In this document: positions 36,071 to 39,583 of the stretch, in pieces | Numbering within the stretch: position 1 is the stretch's first letter | How the letters are laid out: the number at the start of each line of letters is the position of its first letter | From: Paraglomus brasilianum | Taxonomy: Eukaryota | Direction: 5' to 3' | NCBI GenBank assembly: GCA_910592345.1 | Contig: CAJVPI010000245.1 | Location: forward strand, 1-39,583 | Length of the DNA stretch: 39,583 nt | Position numbers and translations under genes: made by a program | Notes under the pieces: generated by a model | Seen by the model: the letters and a program-made list of their open reading frames with translations, nothing else | What the model was told of the DNA's origin: nothing | Databases searched by the model: none

Positions 36071-37643
36071 TTATATTAATGAGTCAGTGATGGTGAAGAC
36101 ATGATTATCCACTATCTGGTTTGGTGAAGCCCGTGCAAACGTTGATCCTGTAAACAATCCCTGGAATGAGATGAATGAAATTCCCATAGATAAGTCGGAG
36201 ATTTCGATGAGCATAGATCGTTATTGAAAATCGTTTCAGATAATATTCAAAACGATCAGTTTTATCATACATATAAGCGACTAAGACAAGTCTTGATGAA
36301 CGAAACACAGGCATGTGAAGAGGCTTTAAGAGCTAGAACACAACAGAGAACGTGGAACCCACCACGCAATTCAAGACTTGCTTTTTACTTAAATTAGATA
36401 GATATTTATACTGTTACGTTTATAATAATAATAACATGCGCGAAACAATCATGTAATAATAAATAAAGTGTAATCAGTGGCGTAATGCCGTTGCGCCATA
36501 TTTTAGACTATATTTGGATGATTTGCGCTGTGAAACTTGTTACCCAATCATGAAGAAGGCGTATCACTCAAAAATCATGTGACTGCCCTTTTTTTTCGCC
36601 ATCACTGACTCTTTATCTTATTACACCAACTGTTGCGGGGGTTGGTGTATTAACTTCCAATCTCACAAGAGATTTTTATGTAGTGCCGTAGTAAGCAAAA
36701 AATTAATTAATATCTGATATCTTCTTGCTTGCTTATTGCAAGGTTATAGGGAGGCGTCCGCCATACTAAGTTATTCTTTTTGCTTGCATAACATATGCCA
36801 ATATTCAAGTTTACTTACCTGATTCACTTTTTTTGGCTTCAAGCATATGGGTGGATTTGGCTTAGAGTCCCTAGTAGCACAATATACCCACTTACCTTGA
36901 CCCATTAAAGTATACCGAAATTTTTGTCACAAGTTGGCACTAGATGTCACTGGTTGTTTGTAGGTACTTGTGACAGAACTTGTGATGCTTGTTTGAGAGT
37001 TTTGAACCTTTTTATTTCTTTCTTGATTACTTCTTTATATTAATATCTGTCACAAGTTACTTAAGTAAAATGGTAGAATTCTAAGGGAAAAATAAAACTC
37101 TTTCCTATGGTATACTACCCGATATACTGTATATACCCCCCAATACCAACATATGTTATATGTGCATATACCTACCTCAATATATACTCGATATATACTA
37201 TGCTATGTGTGCTATATCTACTATGATATATACCTGATACTTACCTTCGATATATTGTATACCTATAGAAAAAAAATAATAAAAAAGATAAGAGTCGACA
37301 AATTAACCTAAGAAACTTGTGACAGCTGTGACAATTATCGAGAACAGTTTTTTTCAAACTCTGACTCTCAAGAACCCAGCTTTCTAACGATTTTTTTACT
37401 TGAGACGAACTCGTGACAACTTGTGACACTGATTGGACTATGTCTGTATACTCACTTGCTCGCTATGTATTTTCTCCAAGCAACTCTGATTTTTGCACAA
37501 TCTTCTCCAGCTTTTTCTGCTGATAATGATCTTGAAATCTATACTTACCAGCATGAGTTCTGCACGCGCCAAATATCGTTGACGTTAATTTACCACACCC
37601 TTATCTCACGTACACGCCGTGGCCCCTCATATGAAAAAAAAGG

Positions 37644-37976
37644 CTGCCGTGAATAAGGGCCGTAATGCGACGCCATATATTACTTTATTTATATGAAATA
37701 TGCTGACTAAAGTACCTGGTATTTTACATTTCATGCTTTTTAGGGGGGGTGCTTTGGTACACCCATGATAATACATTGACACCTCATAGCTCCGGCTTAA
37801 ACTGCTGCAGGATACTATACACAGGGGGGTACTTTAGTCAGTACTCTACGGTAGTTCGTGATTATGTAATAAATAGAGATAACGTGGATAATTGTTACGT
37901 GACGATTCGTAGATCATTTTGCATTGTTTTTAAGGCGCAACCAAACATACATGAATAAGGCCCTTATTCACGGCAG
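37644..37976. mobile_element. Putative 333-bp MITE with perfect 18-bp terminal inverted repeats
   Basis: ctgccgtgaataagggcc (37644-37661) and its exact reverse complement ggcccttattcacggcag (37959-37976). No target-site duplication seen. Confidence 0.65.
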
Positions 37977-38864
37977 TTTACGGTAATTTAATATGATAGC
38001 CTGCATAATGATCTTACTCAAAAGTATCTATACTAATACTTGTTGGCTGTATTAAACAAGAAAAATGTTGTAGTTAAGAGCATCTATTATCAACTATTTA
38101 TAAATATAGTACGTAAAAAAATGTTAGTTAGACAATTGACTGTCATAGAGATCAGTTTAATTGCGTGGCTTATCGAACTTGTTAACCAGTGAAAAATATT
38201 TCACTGCATGTGATCCCGAATGTTACACTGATACTATTGTTCTCATTTACGGAAACAAACGTGACAATCGCAACGACAGTTATTGCATAGATAACAGACA
38301 TTTATACTTATGAGGCTGCGTACGACAACATCAGAGTACCAATATATGTCACCTTACCATCTAACACGCGATTACTTTATACGCGTGACTTATCGGACTT
38401 GTTAACCAGTGAAATTTTTTTTTTTTTACTACGACTGTCACCATATGATGTAATGATGATATCCGCTTATGTTTACTATTGGTTGATAGTGATTGTTGTG
38501 GCTGACTCTCACACCCCTTACAGCGTAAATAACATAAGGTCGCGCACGACAACAATAGCGTCTATTCATACACATATATATATACCCAGACACTCCTCTC
38601 CGACTCTCCTCTCCATTGCACTCACAACAACCTCTCCTCCTCCAAAGCGCAAATACAACATTATCGAAAAGTCAATATACAACGCAACAAACTTTTACCG
38701 CTATTACACATACGACACTTTGCTACAACTCACGAACAAGTCTTCAAAACGACACCGTTTATCAACTGCGTAATCGATACTCAAATAAACACATATCGCT
38801 ACTCTTTCCGCGATCGGAAAAAAGACAAGATGGATGCTCATGGAGAAAACAAGGCATGTGGATG

Positions 38865-39103
38865 GTTTGACATGTTCCGTTTGGAGCCGGGGGTTATTTA
38901 TTGAAGTATAGTTCTTTGGGTTAATAAACATGGTTCGTTCAAACTCACTCCAATTCATAGATGTCTGGCATGCCTTTAAACATCGTACAGACGCACCCAT
39001 TTAAGGATAGTTTGACATGTTCCCGTTTGGGCTTATTCACTGAAGTATAGTTCTTTGGGTAGCCCCCGTACGTTTTTTAAACATGATTCGTTCACTCGCT
39101 CCC
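38865..39103. repeat. Degenerate direct repeat, ~145-bp spacing
   Basis: gtttgacatgttcc(c)gtttgg...tgaagtatagttctttgggt...taaacatg.ttcgttca at ~38865-38945 and ~39010-39095. Confidence 0.8.
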
Positions 39104-39186
39104 TTGTTAAGAAATTCGTTTCTTACTTTTTTTTTTTTTAAAAAAAAATTATCTAGAGCAATCGAATTAACAGCGTTATCTGAAAG

Positions 39187-39540
39187 TTGAATATACAACG
39201 CAACAAACCTTTGCTATCAGGAATGGATCTGGGAGAGTGGGAGTTTGCTGTGCGTGCAACTGCTGATAAAACTATTTCTGATCGATGCCGTTCTGCCCGC
39301 ATTAATCAATCAATTCTGAATGGGTTACTGAGGCTTGATTGGAATGATGAGCAAGTAAAATCGATAAACGTGCCTTTCATGCAGTTTGCCGGGGTTAATG
39401 GCCAGATGTTGATAGAGGATTTGGTGAACGGATTCTATATCATCTTTCCAGGACAAAAATTCCAGCTGCCCACCAAACTTGCTCAAATTGAAAAGCTGAA
39501 GTCAGCAGCCGATTTTGCTATTTACTACGGAATTGTTTAA
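39187..39540 (+). pseudogene. Fragment of a Mucoromycota multicopy hypothetical protein with probable nuclease (REase-like) fold
   Basis: DLGEWEFA..KTISDRCRSARINQSILNGLL..VPFMQFAGVNGQMLIEDLVNGFYIIFPG..FQLPT looks like globular coding sequence. No ATG at the ORF start, an in-frame stop just upstream and no identifiable 5' part. Confidence 0.55.
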
Positions 39541-39583
39541 TTGGTCAAAAATTCACTCCCATGTATTTTAGAGTTGGTGAAAC

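Noticed and set aside
36622..36649. 9-bp stem hairpin as a terminator or Helitron end
   Set aside because: Eukaryotic context and no CTRR terminus at the expected distance.

Overview
AT-rich, intron-containing fungal genomic DNA. The gene families suggest Mucoromycota (Glomeromycotina/Endogonales-like); this is an inference. The left 21 kb holds four + strand genes of a TPR-array family: two decayed TKL-kinase(-TPR) paralogues (266-2972, 8302-9401), one intact kinase-TPR gene (19358-21393), and an intronless 1477-aa gene with an unassigned N-terminal domain, a Gid/Rmd5-type degenerate RING and about 24 TPRs (9690-14123). Two conserved genes, Ric8 (+) and a Cdc4/Mlc1 myosin light chain (-), sit among them. 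A 6-exon minus-strand gene not visible as one ORF (23840-26219) encodes a trypsin-fold protein with a C-terminal membrane anchor and Arg where the catalytic His is expected. The rest is Tc1/pogo relics, MITEs, simple repeats and decayed kinase and Crinkler-like NTPase/nuclease genes. Best candidate system: one lineage of TPR array, variable at groove positions and expanded by higher-order duplication, is joined to different heads (kinase versus unknown domain+RING), resembling fungal NLR-type receptors but without a nucleotide-binding domain. All gene models, alignments and counts were done by eye; no database search was run.
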